Positions 10,261 to 21,966 of a DNA stretch of 64,000 nucleotides are shown here, one piece after another. The translations under genes were made by a program, and so were the position numbers. The DNA is from Clostridia bacterium (GTDB lineage: Bacteria > Bacillota > Clostridia > TANB77 > CAG-508). Each line of letters opens with the position of its first letter. Position 1 is the stretch's first letter. The notes beneath the pieces were generated by a model that searched no databases, was not told the origin of the DNA, and saw only the letters and a list, made by a program, of their open reading frames with translations. The stretch lies in the NCBI GenBank assembly GCA_045643465.1, contig JAZUKV010000034.1, forward strand, positions 2,107 to 66,106, read 5' to 3'.

Positions 10261-11586
10261 TTATTCTTTTTCACCTTTTTCTCTAACAATCATTCTAATA
10301 GGTGTTCCTGTTAATATAAATTCTTTTCTTAATTGATTTATTAAATATCTCTCATATGAAAAGTGGAATAACTTTTTATCATTTACAAACACAACAAATG
10401 TTGGAGGTTTTGTTGATGCTTGTGTCATATAAAATATTTTTAATCTTTTTCCTTTATCTGTAGGAGGTTGCACTATTGCTATAGCTTCATTTAAAACTTG
10501 ATTTAAAACTGCTGTGGAAGCTCTAAATGAATTTTGACTTGCTACAGTGTTTATTAACTCATATAATTTTTCTACTCTTTGACCAGTTTTTGCTGAAATA
10601 AATAGTATTGGTGCATATGACAAATATGATAATTTTTCATAAATCTCTTTTTTATATTTTTCAACTGATTTATCATCTTTTTCATATTCATCCCATTTAT
10701 TAACTGCTATAATTACACCTTTTCCTGCTTCATGTGCTTCTCCTGCAATTTTTGCATCCTGATCTGTTATCCCTTCATTTGCATCTATCATAAATACACA
10801 TACATCAGATCTTTCTATGGCTAATTGTGTTCTCATAACACTATATCGCTCTAAATTTTCTGTTACTTTGCTTTTTCTTCTAATTCCAGCTGTATCTATA
10901 AAAATATATTTACCATAAGAATTCTCAAATTCTGAATCTATGGCATCCCTTGTTGTACCTGCTATATTGCTAACAATTACACGATTTTCTCCTAAAATTT
11001 TATTTACTAATGATGATTTTCCTACATTTGGTTTTCCTATCAAGGCTACTTTTATAACATCACTTTCATCTTTTTCATTTTCGTTTTTAGGTAATAATTC
11101 ATAAATTCCATCTAATACATCACCTATTCCTAATGCATTTAATGATGATACTGGATATGGATCTCCTAGTCCTAAATTATAAAACTCATAAATATCATCT
11201 TGCGTTTTTCCAAATGTATCTGCTTTATTACAAACTAAAATTATTGGTTTCTTTGATTTTCTAAGCATTAATGCTATTTCATTATCAGCTGTTGTAATAC
11301 CTGCTTTAATATCTGTTACAAATACAATAACATCAGCCATACTTATAGCAATATCTGCTTGATTTCGCATTTGTGTAACAATTAAATCTTCTGATTCTGG
11401 CTCTATACCACCTGTATCTATTACTGTGAAATCCATACCTCTCCAATTTGCTTCAGCATAAATTCTATCTCTTGTTACACCTGGCGTATCTTCGACTATT
11501 GAAATTCTTTTACCAACTATATAATTAAAGAATGTTGATTTTCCTACATTCGGTCTACCAACTATTGCAACTACTGGTTTTGACAT
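10261..11586 (-). CDS. der: Ribosome biogenesis GTPase Der
   Basis: Two GTPase domains (GRPNVGKS, GKPNVGKS) plus KH-like C-terminus. Confidence 0.97.
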   Translation of the reverse strand: MSKPVVAIVGRPNVGKSTFFNYIVGKRISIVEDTPGVTRDRIYAEANWRGMDFTVIDTGGIEPESEDLIVTQMRNQADIAISMADVIVFVTDIKAGITTADNEIALMLRKSKKPIILVCNKADTFGKTQDDIYEFYNLGLGDPYPVSSLNALGIGDVLDGIYELLPKNENEKDESDVIKVALIGKPNVGKSSLVNKILGENRVIVSNIAGTTRDAIDSEFENSYGKYIFIDTAGIRRKSKVTENLERYSVMRTQLAIERSDVCVFMIDANEGITDQDAKIAGEAHEAGKGVIIAVNKWDEYEKDDKSVEKYKKEIYEKLSYLSYAPILFISAKTGQRVEKLYELINTVASQNSFRASTAVLNQVLNEAIAIVQPPTDKGKRLKIFYMTQASTKPPTFVVFVNDKKLFHFSYERYLINQLRKEFILTGTPIRMIVREKGEKE

Positions 11587-11705
11587 TTTTTATTTCCTTT
11601 CATAAACATTTTTCAATATTTTATACCATTTTTCCTAATTAGTCAATTCTACAATTTCTAATACTTATATACAAAAAAAAACAGCACTTTTGATGCTGAT
11701 TTTTC

Positions 11706-11897
11706 TTATTCTTCATTATCGCTTTTTACACTTACAACTTTTTCTCCATCGTAATATCCGCAAGCTGGACATACTCTGTGTTGTTGCATTAATTCATGAC
11801 AATGTGGACATTCTACTAAGTTTCTTGTTTTTAAAGTCCAAGTAGATCTTTTTAAATGTGTTCTTGCTTTAGACCATCTTCTTTTTGGTTGTGCCAT
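11706..11897 (-). CDS. rpmF: 50S ribosomal protein L32 (Zn-binding type)
   Basis: MAQPKRRWSK..CPHC..HRVCPACGYY; start moved to the ATG following the AAGGAGGG RBS. Confidence 0.95.
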   Translation of the reverse strand: MAQPKRRWSKARTHLKRSTWTLKTRNLVECPHCHELMQQHRVCPACGYYDGEKVVSVKSDNEE

Positions 11898-11975
11898 CTC
11901 TATTCCCTCCTTTGCCAATTAGTATTTATCTATGTTTATATACTAATAATTTGACATTACAAATTTCACTTTAAA

Positions 11976-12004
11976 AGTATACTAGTTTTTTCCAGTTTTG
12001 TCAA
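11976..12004 (-). promoter_or_regulatory. Sigma-A promoter of rpmF
   Basis: TTGACA-17 nt-TATACT on minus strand. Confidence 0.75.
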
Positions 12005-12130
12005 TAGTAATTACAGATTTAATTTTTTGTACTTGAATTAATTAATTTTATAAAAATTATTATAATTGTAAAATTTTTTGAATTTTCGAATATATTATAT
12101 ATTATATTAAAATTTTGGAGGTAAACAATT

Positions 12131-13975
12131 ATGTCTGGATTTGTTGGTTTTACAAATTTAAAAGAAAAAATTTCATCTAAAACTAATATATATAATATGA
12201 ATGAAGCACTTACAAAAGTAAATAATTGTGAAGATGGTTATTATTATGAAGAAAATATCTGTTTAGGAGAAAAAACTTTTTTAGATACTAACCCACATGA
12301 TGAAAAACAACCAATGACAATTATGTATAATGCTAATATATATACTATTGTATTCTCTGGCAAAATTTATAATTCTCAAGATATACAAAATGAACTTGAA
12401 GATAACGGATTTACTTTTAAAACTAGCTCTGATACTGAAATACTATTAAAAGCCTACATACAATGGCATTCTAAAGTATTAACTAAATTAAATGGCGTGT
12501 TTTCATTTGCTATTTGGGATAGTAATGAAAAAGAGCTTTTTATTGCTAGAGATCACTTTGGCGTAAAACCTTTATTTTACACATTACTTAATAATACTTT
12601 TGTTTTTTCAACAGAAATAAAAGCTCTATTTCAATATCCTGGTGTTGAAGCTACACTTGATGAAGAAAGTATTTCCGAATTGTTTGGAATAGGACCTGCA
12701 AGATCTGCTGGAAGTGGTGTGTTTAAAAATATTTTTGAAGTTAAACCTGCTCATTATGGTATTTATAATGAAAGTGGTTTGCATTTTGAATGTTATTGGA
12801 AATTTGAAAGCAAACCTCACACTGATAGCTTACAAAAAACAACTGAAAAAATCCGTTATTTATTAGAAGATTCCATAAATAATCAAATAAAATCTGATAT
12901 TCCCTTATGCGTATTTTTATCTGGTGGATTAGATTCAAGCATAATTGCATACTATTCATCAAAATATTATAAATCTCATGGTTTAGGACAATTAAATACT
13001 TTCTCTGTTGATTACGTTGATAATGATATAAATTTTCAAAAAACAGACTTTCAACCAAATTCTGATAATTATTATATAGAATTAATGAAAAAAGAAATTA
13101 ATCCTAATCATCAACAAATTATGCTTGATACACCAGAATTAGTAGATTCTCTTGAAGAAGCTATGTTAGCACGTGATTTTCCAGGAATGGCAGATGTTGA
13201 CTCTTCTTTACTTCTATTTTGCAAAAATGTAAAAAAACATTCTACTGTTGCTTTAACTGGTGAATGCTCTGATGAAATTTTTGCTGGATATCCTTGGTTC
13301 TTTAGAGAAGATGCTTTAAAAAGTAACACATTCCCATGGTCTTTAGCTATAGAAGAGCGACAAAACCTTTTGAATCCTAATATTTCTTCAAAAGTAAATT
13401 TAAAAAGTTATATAGATGCAAAATATAAAGAAACATTGAATCAGGTTTCTATAATTGATGAAGATTCTATGGAAACAGCTGAAAAAAGGAAAATTTCTTA
13501 CTTGACTATGAATTGGTTTATGCAAACTTTATTAGATAGATCTGATAGAATGGCACTACAAAATGGATTTGAAATAAGAGTCCCATTTTGTGACTATAGA
13601 ATAGCTGAATATTTATGGAATATTCCTTGGGAAATGAAAGCCTTAAATGGTAGAGAAAAAGGACTTTTACGCTATTGCATGAAAGATATTTTACCAGAAG
13701 AAATTGTAGAGCGAAAAAAGAGCCCTTATCCCAAAACTTGGAACCCTACTTATTTAAATGCGGTAAAAGAAAAATTAACTCAAATAATGAATAATACAAA
13801 TGCACCTATAAATAATATTTTAAATAGAAAATATATTTTAGAAATTTTAGAATCAGAAGGAAAAACATTTACAAGACCATGGTTCGGTCAATTAATGACA
13901 GGTCCTCAATTAATGGCATATTTATGCCAAGTAAATATGTGGCTTGAAAAATATCAACCAAAATTAAGTTTTTAA
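12131..13975 (+). CDS. asnB: Asparagine synthase (AsnB/AsnO-like) with degenerate glutaminase domain
   Basis: RDHFGVKPL, LSGGLDSS, GECSDEIFAGY, RKKSPYP; N-terminus MSGF instead of MCG. Confidence 0.88.
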   Translation: MSGFVGFTNLKEKISSKTNIYNMNEALTKVNNCEDGYYYEENICLGEKTFLDTNPHDEKQPMTIMYNANIYTIVFSGKIYNSQDIQNELEDNGFTFKTSSDTEILLKAYIQWHSKVLTKLNGVFSFAIWDSNEKELFIARDHFGVKPLFYTLLNNTFVFSTEIKALFQYPGVEATLDEESISELFGIGPARSAGSGVFKNIFEVKPAHYGIYNESGLHFECYWKFESKPHTDSLQKTTEKIRYLLEDSINNQIKSDIPLCVFLSGGLDSSIIAYYSSKYYKSHGLGQLNTFSVDYVDNDINFQKTDFQPNSDNYYIELMKKEINPNHQQIMLDTPELVDSLEEAMLARDFPGMADVDSSLLLFCKNVKKHSTVALTGECSDEIFAGYPWFFREDALKSNTFPWSLAIEERQNLLNPNISSKVNLKSYIDAKYKETLNQVSIIDEDSMETAEKRKISYLTMNWFMQTLLDRSDRMALQNGFEIRVPFCDYRIAEYLWNIPWEMKALNGREKGLLRYCMKDILPEEIVERKKSPYPKTWNPTYLNAVKEKLTQIMNNTNAPINNILNRKYILEILESEGKTFTRPWFGQLMTGPQLMAYLCQVNMWLEKYQPKLSF

Positions 13976-14013
13976 AATTAAAACCACCATTATAATTGGT
14001 GGTTTTAATTTTA
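13973..14013. terminator. Bidirectional intrinsic terminator
   Basis: 17-bp perfect inverted repeat taaaattaaaaccacca/tggtggttttaatttta between convergent genes. Confidence 0.8.
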
Positions 14014-14019
14014 CTATAA

Positions 14020-14547
14020 TTATTCTTGTGGTGGATTTATTATATTTTGTATATCTGGATCTTCTTTTAAATTATCTCCTATATAACTAAAAGCTTTCTT
14101 AGTTTGATTAATTGTTGCAAGTGCTACATCTTTATCTTCTCTTAATCTTTTGCTAGCATATTTTAAAATAATTCCTTTATTGCTTACTGCAGCCATAACA
14201 ACATCTTTATCATCTCTTAATTTTTTACTTGCATAATATAACACTTGCCCATCTCTACTAGCAGCTTTTAAAACAACATCTTTATCATTTTTTAAATCTT
14301 CACTCGCATAACATAGAACCCAACCTTTTACCTCAACTGCTGCTAATAATATTTCTTTATCATCTTTTAGTCTATCACTTGCGAATTCTAATGCTCCACC
14401 ATCACATTTTACAGCTTCTAAAACAAGCTCTTTATCATCTTGCAATTCAGCTGATGCCCATTCTAATAAAAGTCCATCTTCTTTAACATATTGTAAAAAT
14501 ATTTCTTTATTTTCTGAATTTGATTTTATTTTTTCAATATCATCCAT
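14020..14547 (-). CDS. DUF4116 repeat protein
   Basis: Repeats of LxYASxxLxDDKDVVLxAV. Confidence 0.88.
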   Translation of the reverse strand: MDDIEKIKSNSENKEIFLQYVKEDGLLLEWASAELQDDKELVLEAVKCDGGALEFASDRLKDDKEILLAAVEVKGWVLCYASEDLKNDKDVVLKAASRDGQVLYYASKKLRDDKDVVMAAVSNKGIILKYASKRLREDKDVALATINQTKKAFSYIGDNLKEDPDIQNIINPPQE

Positions 14548-14549
14548 AG

Positions 14550-14786
14550 TTATACTCCTGCCTTATATTCAAAATCTTCCATAAATGGAAACATTTCAAA
14601 AATTCTTTTATGTGTAACAATTTGCATTCTTGGTTGTGGATTTTTTGGATGATCACTTAGCAATTCTTGAGTATAACAATTTTCAGAAGTTTTATAAATA
14701 AGATATCTATTTCTTACATATGTAAAAAATATTTGATATCCATTATCTAAATCTTGCTCTAAATTTTCAAAAGTATAATTTCCCAT
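14550..14786 (-). CDS. Hypothetical protein
   Basis: RBS AAAGGA, normal composition, co-oriented in operon. Confidence 0.7.
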   Translation of the reverse strand: MGNYTFENLEQDLDNGYQIFFTYVRNRYLIYKTSENCYTQELLSDHPKNPQPRMQIVTHKRIFEMFPFMEDFEYKAGV

Positions 14787-14828
14787 GCTTTGTTCCTTTC
14801 AAAAAATTTCATTTTCTTAATTTAAATT

Positions 14829-16841
<2,013 letters not shown>

Positions 16842-16874
16842 TTATTAAATTTTAATATATCTAAATTCTTAAAA

Positions 16875-16934
16875 GTGGAAAAAAGAACCGTCCCATTTTC
16901 CAAAAAAGTGGAAAAGAGAACCGTCCCCGTTTCC
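16875..16934. repeat. REP-like element, two direct copies
   Basis: gtggaaaaaagaaccgtcccattttcc and gtggaaaagagaaccgtccccgtttcc; same unit recurs at 60194-60255. Confidence 0.8.
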
Positions 16935-17527
16935 TAATCTGATAATAATTCTTTACCATTTTTTATGTAGTCCCAACCTGAAAAGATTGTTGCTACTGTT
17001 GAAATTAATAATATTCCTGTACTTAATATATTCCATACTAATGGTATACCTGTTAAGCTTCCATCAAAACATTTTCCAAATGAATTCATATCTATTAATG
17101 CTGCAATTAAACCTATCATTTGAGTAACTGTTTTCAATTTTCCCCATACTGATGCTGCTATTACATTTCCTGATTTTTCTACAGCTATTAATCTATATCC
17201 TGACACAATAAATTCTCTAAATAATACAATTATTGGTATCCATGCTGGTAATCTTGAAGCTTCTACAAGCATTATCATAGCTGCTAAAACTAGAATTTTA
17301 TCTGCTATTGGATCTAAAAATTTTCCGAAAGTTGTAATTTCATTTCTTGATCTTGCTAAATAACCATCTAATTTATCTGTTATTGATGCTATTATAAATA
17401 TAAATGTTACTAATAACCATGTTAATGGTATTGAAAATAACTCTCCATTTATTGGTAAAAATGGAATAATAACCATTATCGGAACCAATATAATTCTAAA
17501 TATTGTTAATTTATTCGGTAAATTCAT
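16934..17527 (-). CDS. pgsA: CDP-diacylglycerol--glycerol-3-phosphate 3-phosphatidyltransferase
   Basis: MNLPNKLT, DKLDGYLAR..FGKFLDPIADK. Confidence 0.96.
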   Translation of the reverse strand: MNLPNKLTIFRIILVPIMVIIPFLPINGELFSIPLTWLLVTFIFIIASITDKLDGYLARSRNEITTFGKFLDPIADKILVLAAMIMLVEASRLPAWIPIIVLFREFIVSGYRLIAVEKSGNVIAASVWGKLKTVTQMIGLIAALIDMNSFGKCFDGSLTGIPLVWNILSTGILLISTVATIFSGWDYIKNGKELLSD

Positions 17528-17544
17528 AATTTTTTCCTTTCTAC

Positions 17545-17865
17545 TTATAAAATATCATTATTTGCACTTAATTTTATTATTAAATCCATGTTATCATCAT
17601 TTGCGGCTTTATTTTTCCTGATTTTTCCACATTTTTTACACTTAAACACTATTACATATCCTTTTTTTGGACTTATTTCAATTCCTATTGGCTCTAGTAA
17701 TCCATGACACTCCTCATTTCTATCCCCAGGATTTATATCAACATGTTTAGAATGCAAACAATATGGACAATGGTTTCTGCATGTATACCCTAATTTTTTT
17801 ACTCTTTTTCCACAATTTTCACAAACAAATTCTTCATCTATTTTTGTAAATAAACTACTTTCCAT
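17545..17865 (-). CDS. RNHCP domain protein
   Basis: CRNHCPYCL..PGDR motif. Confidence 0.9.
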   Translation of the reverse strand: MESSLFTKIDEEFVCENCGKRVKKLGYTCRNHCPYCLHSKHVDINPGDRNEECHGLLEPIGIEISPKKGYVIVFKCKKCGKIRKNKAANDDNMDLIIKLSANNDIL

Positions 17866-17886
17866 ACTATCACATCCATTCTTTAA

Positions 17887-19542
17887 TTATTGATTTTCCT
17901 TATAAAATATACTTCCTCCAAGAAATTCTCTTAATAAGGATTGGTCTGGAACATATTTGGCTGGAACTGATATAAAGTACTCTAAAAAAGATATTAATTT
18001 CTTAGCTTCTGAATATTCTGGTTGACTTTGATCTATTTCTTTTAATAATGGTAATGCATAATCTTTTAGAACCGCTATTTCATATATCAAAGATGAATTA
18101 AACATTGCATCTGCTTCTTCTTGATAAGGAAATATATTTTTTCGTTCACCATTATTAACTGACTCCCACATTTTCAATGTATGATGTGCACTATAACCTC
18201 TGAATTGATTATCTCTTACAATCCTTCTTATCAATCTTGAATCTGTTGTAGAAATTCTATTATTATGATCCATATTTAATACAGTCAAACAACTTATATA
18301 AATTTTATATTTTTGTTCCTTTGGAATTAGACTTGTTAATTTATCATTTAAACAATGTATTCCTTCAATAACAAGAATTTGATCATCTTTTAATTTCATT
18401 TTTTGCCCATTATATTTTTTAGTACCAATTTCAAAATCAAATGTAGGAACATCTATTTCTTCCCCATTTAACAATTTTAAAATATGTTCATTGAATAAAT
18501 CTGTATCAATTGCTTCAATGCATTCAAAATCATAATTTCCATTTTCATCTTTTGGATTTTGAGATCTTTCTACGAAATAATTATCTACTGATAAAGTTAC
18601 TGGTCTTATTCCATTAAGTCTTAATTGTACGCCTAATCTTTGAGCAAAAGTTGTTTTACCTGAAGATGATGGACCTGCTATTAATATAACTTTAACATTT
18701 TTTCTTTTTATTATATCATCAGATATGTTTGCTATTTTTTTCTCATGTAATGCTTCATCTAATATAATATGCTCTCTTATCCAATCTTTTTTTATTATTT
18801 TATTTAATTCGTAAATAGTAGATACATTTAAAAAACTATGCAAATCTTCATATTCATCCAATGTTTTTAATAATTTAGTATTTTCTTCAAATTGTGGCAA
18901 TTTTGTTATATCTTTTCTACTAGGATATCTTATTAAAATTCCATCATGATATTTAACTATTTCATATATTTTTGCAAAACCTGTTGATATTGGCATTACA
19001 CCAAAAAAGTAATTATAATAGTCTTCACAATAATATAGACTAACATAATCTTTATATCCATCACATATTTGAAGTCTGCCTTTTTCATTATTTTCAATCT
19101 CATAAAATTTTCTTGCTTCATCTTTTGTCATTACTTTTTTAATAATTGGAATATCTTTTTCAACAATTTCTTTGAATTTTGTATTAATATTTTTAACTAT
19201 TTCATCCGTTATCTCTGCATTTTTTACTTCTACAAGCATTGAATTTGATAATTGGTAATTTATTTCTGTTTTAATATCTGGATATAATTTTTCAAAGGCC
19301 ATCGTAAGAAGATAAATCAAACCTCTTGTATATATTCTCATCCCATCTCTGTCAGAAATATTTATTAGCTCTATGTTTCCATCACTAGTCATTTCGTAAT
19401 CCAAAGATTTAATTTCATTATTAAATCTTGCTGCAATACTGTTTGTAGCAATTATTTCTTCTCTAAAAAAATCTATAATTTTAACTTTATCTGTAATAAA
19501 TTTCTTTCCTTTATAATAAATTTGAATCATAAGTACCTCCAT
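17887..19542 (-). CDS. Nucleoside (uridine) kinase with ThrRS-like N-terminal domain
   Basis: IAGPSSSGKTT, IEGIH, RRIVRD. Confidence 0.9.
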   Translation of the reverse strand: MEVLMIQIYYKGKKFITDKVKIIDFFREEIIATNSIAARFNNEIKSLDYEMTSDGNIELINISDRDGMRIYTRGLIYLLTMAFEKLYPDIKTEINYQLSNSMLVEVKNAEITDEIVKNINTKFKEIVEKDIPIIKKVMTKDEARKFYEIENNEKGRLQICDGYKDYVSLYYCEDYYNYFFGVMPISTGFAKIYEIVKYHDGILIRYPSRKDITKLPQFEENTKLLKTLDEYEDLHSFLNVSTIYELNKIIKKDWIREHIILDEALHEKKIANISDDIIKRKNVKVILIAGPSSSGKTTFAQRLGVQLRLNGIRPVTLSVDNYFVERSQNPKDENGNYDFECIEAIDTDLFNEHILKLLNGEEIDVPTFDFEIGTKKYNGQKMKLKDDQILVIEGIHCLNDKLTSLIPKEQKYKIYISCLTVLNMDHNNRISTTDSRLIRRIVRDNQFRGYSAHHTLKMWESVNNGERKNIFPYQEEADAMFNSSLIYEIAVLKDYALPLLKEIDQSQPEYSEAKKLISFLEYFISVPAKYVPDQSLLREFLGGSIFYKENQ

Positions 19543-19722
19543 TCTATATCTAATATATGTAAATATTAAATATAAATTCCACTGTGCATTATAAATTAGG
19601 AATTATGAAACTTTCCCATTTAACAAGCTTATTTTATATCTATATTTTTTTTTAGTCAAGTAATTGACAAATATTAATTACTTGTATTATTATATATTTA
19701 TTAAAAAAAGGAGGAATTTTTT

Positions 19723-20355
19723 ATGAGTAAATTTTGTGAAAATTGTGGCGCAGAATTAAGCGATACAGATAAAGTTTGTCCAAATTGTGGGACATCTGTA
19801 GTTGAAGAAGCTGCTGCTAAAAAGAAGGATGTTAAAACAGAAAAAAATACAACAGAAAAGAGTGCATCAGCAAATAACAATAAGAAAACTCTTATGTTAT
19901 TTGGTGGAATTGCAGCTGCAGTTGTTGTAATTTTAATTTTAATTATCGTATTATTGGGTGGAGGTTATAAAAAACCTGTTAAATATTATTTCCAAGGAAT
20001 GCAAAAATCTAATGCTAAAACATATTTAAAAGCATATCCTGATTTTATGAAGGAAAATCTAGAAAAAACATACGATAATGAATATCTAGAAAAAATGATG
20101 GATAAATTTGAAAAGAGCTATGGTGATAAAATAAAAATTACATATAAAGTTCTTGATAAAACTAAATTAACAAAGGATGAATTAAAAGATAAAACAGAAG
20201 CTTTAGAGAAAAAATATAAAGATGAAAAAATCAAAATTAAAGAAGGATACCAAGTATGCGTAAAAGCTACAATAAAAGGATCTGACGAAACAGATACAAG
20301 TTATACAACATTTGAAATATACAAAATTAATGGAAAATGGTGCATGACTAACTAA
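19723..20355 (+). CDS. Zinc-ribbon membrane protein
   Basis: FCENCG..CPNCG, one TM helix, C-terminal YKINGKW. Confidence 0.85.
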   Translation: MSKFCENCGAELSDTDKVCPNCGTSVVEEAAAKKKDVKTEKNTTEKSASANNNKKTLMLFGGIAAAVVVILILIIVLLGGGYKKPVKYYFQGMQKSNAKTYLKAYPDFMKENLEKTYDNEYLEKMMDKFEKSYGDKIKITYKVLDKTKLTKDELKDKTEALEKKYKDEKIKIKEGYQVCVKATIKGSDETDTSYTTFEIYKINGKWCMTN

Positions 20356-20356
20356 T

Positions 20357-20392
20357 AAAAATAAAACCGCTTTTCTTAGCGGTTTTATTTTT
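20357..20392 (+). terminator. Intrinsic terminator, immediately left of the IS
   Basis: aaaaataaaaccgc/gcggttttattttt stem. Confidence 0.8.
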
Positions 20393-20395
20393 TTA

Positions 20396-21874
20396 GGTTC
20401 TATAATAAATGTTGGGGTGTAAAAACTCCAGCATTATTTTTTTGAAAAAATAATGCACTTATTTAAAATACCTGATAGAATTTAAGCGACGAAACCAAAG
20501 TCTAAGGAGGTATTAAATAAGTGCATACTCATTATATCAAAAAATTATTTAATTTAGAAGGAACTATTATAAAAAATTCTCATTTTTTCAAAAATAATAT
20601 TGTTTTCGATGTTGAAATGCCTGTAACTGAACATACTTGCCCTCACTGTTCATCTAAAACTACAAATGTTCATGATTATTATTTAAGAACTATAAAAGAT
20701 GTTCCTGTTCAAAAAAAGTTTGTTACTATTCGATATAATCAACGTCGATACCATTGTTCTTCTTGTAACAAATCATTTAACGAAAATAACTGCATCGTTT
20801 CCAGATACTCTCATCATACAACTAACCTAAATGGCTATATCGTTAACTCTTTACGCTCTAAAGTTTCCATGAACGATATCTCCAAAGAAGCTAATGTTGC
20901 TCCTTGCTTTATTTCAAAGATGCTTCCATACCTTTCTATTACCTGTACTAAGCTTCCTAAAGTTCTTTGTATTGATGAATTTAAGGGTAATTCCGGTACT
21001 GAAAAATATCAAGTTGTTCTTCTCGACGGTGAAACTCACGAAATTGTTGACATTATTGAATGCCGTTATAAACACTTCCTTTGCCAATACTTTAAGAAAT
21101 TTCCTAAAGATCAACTTGATAATGTTAAATTTTTTGTTACTGACTTGTGGGAAACATACAAAGATATCGCTTTTACCTATTTTACTCACGCTAAGATTAT
21201 TGCTGATCGTTTTCACTTTATTCGCTATGCTACCGGTGCTGTTGATATTTTGAGAAAAAAAGTACAATCAAATCTTCCAAAAACCGAAAGAAAATGGTTT
21301 AAAAAGTCTAGAAAATTACTACTTTCTCGAAGATGCAAAATTAAGAAAGATGAAGATATTGAACAATTAAATTATATGCTAATTAACTTTTCTGAAGATT
21401 TACGCATTGCGTATCGTGAAAAAGAAGCTTTTCTTGATATTGTTCATTCTACTGAATCATACGAAATTAAAGAAAAACTTTTCAATGAATGGGTTAATCG
21501 AAACTTAAACTCATCCGTCGAAAAACTTGTTTCTGTTGCAAAAACTTATCAACACTGGGCTGTTGAAATTCGCCATGCTCTCGAATTTCCATACTCAAAT
21601 GGCTGCACTGAAGGGATTAATAATAAAATTAAAACTTTAAAACGAATATCATTTGGCATGCCAAATTTTACTCATTTTAAAGCTCGCATCATGTTACTTG
21701 ATTAATAAAGTGATAATTTAATATGATTTTTTAAACCAATTTTCAATTGGTTTATTAATCAACTTTAAAATTTTAAATATTTATGTTTTGTTGTTACAAA
21801 TTCTAAAAATGGTATAAAAATAAGAGTGGACAAGTATTTTACTACTCATCCACCCCAACTCTTGACAAAGAGCC
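20396..21874 (+). mobile_element. ISL3-family insertion sequence (~1.48 kb)
   Basis: Imperfect terminal IRs GGTTCTATAATAAATGTTGGGGTG / (rc) GGCTCTTTGTCAAGAGTTGGGGTG; TTTTTA on both flanks (possible low-complexity TSD). Confidence 0.9.
20521..21705 (+). CDS. ISL3 family transposase
   Basis: CPHC..CSSC zinc finger, IDEF, DRFH, SNGCTEGINNKIK..R..FG. Confidence 0.95.
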   Translation: MHTHYIKKLFNLEGTIIKNSHFFKNNIVFDVEMPVTEHTCPHCSSKTTNVHDYYLRTIKDVPVQKKFVTIRYNQRRYHCSSCNKSFNENNCIVSRYSHHTTNLNGYIVNSLRSKVSMNDISKEANVAPCFISKMLPYLSITCTKLPKVLCIDEFKGNSGTEKYQVVLLDGETHEIVDIIECRYKHFLCQYFKKFPKDQLDNVKFFVTDLWETYKDIAFTYFTHAKIIADRFHFIRYATGAVDILRKKVQSNLPKTERKWFKKSRKLLLSRRCKIKKDEDIEQLNYMLINFSEDLRIAYREKEAFLDIVHSTESYEIKEKLFNEWVNRNLNSSVEKLVSVAKTYQHWAVEIRHALEFPYSNGCTEGINNKIKTLKRISFGMPNFTHFKARIMLLD

Positions 21875-21940
21875 TTTTTATTTAACTTCCTTTTTATATT
21901 ACTCCTAAAATTTTATTTTGTCCTTCTGTCTCCACCCACA

Positions 21941-21964
21941 TTGAATTGGAAGTCTCCAATTCAA
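21941..21964 (-). other. Perfect hairpin 3' of the DGR variable region
   Basis: ttgaattgga-agtc-tccaattcaa, 2 nt after the stop codon, no adjacent U-tract. Confidence 0.75.
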
Positions 21965-21966
21965 CA

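Noticed and set aside
16875-16934. Possible mini CRISPR array
   Set aside because: Only two units with a 6-nt gap, no spacers and no cas genes; better explained as REP-like.
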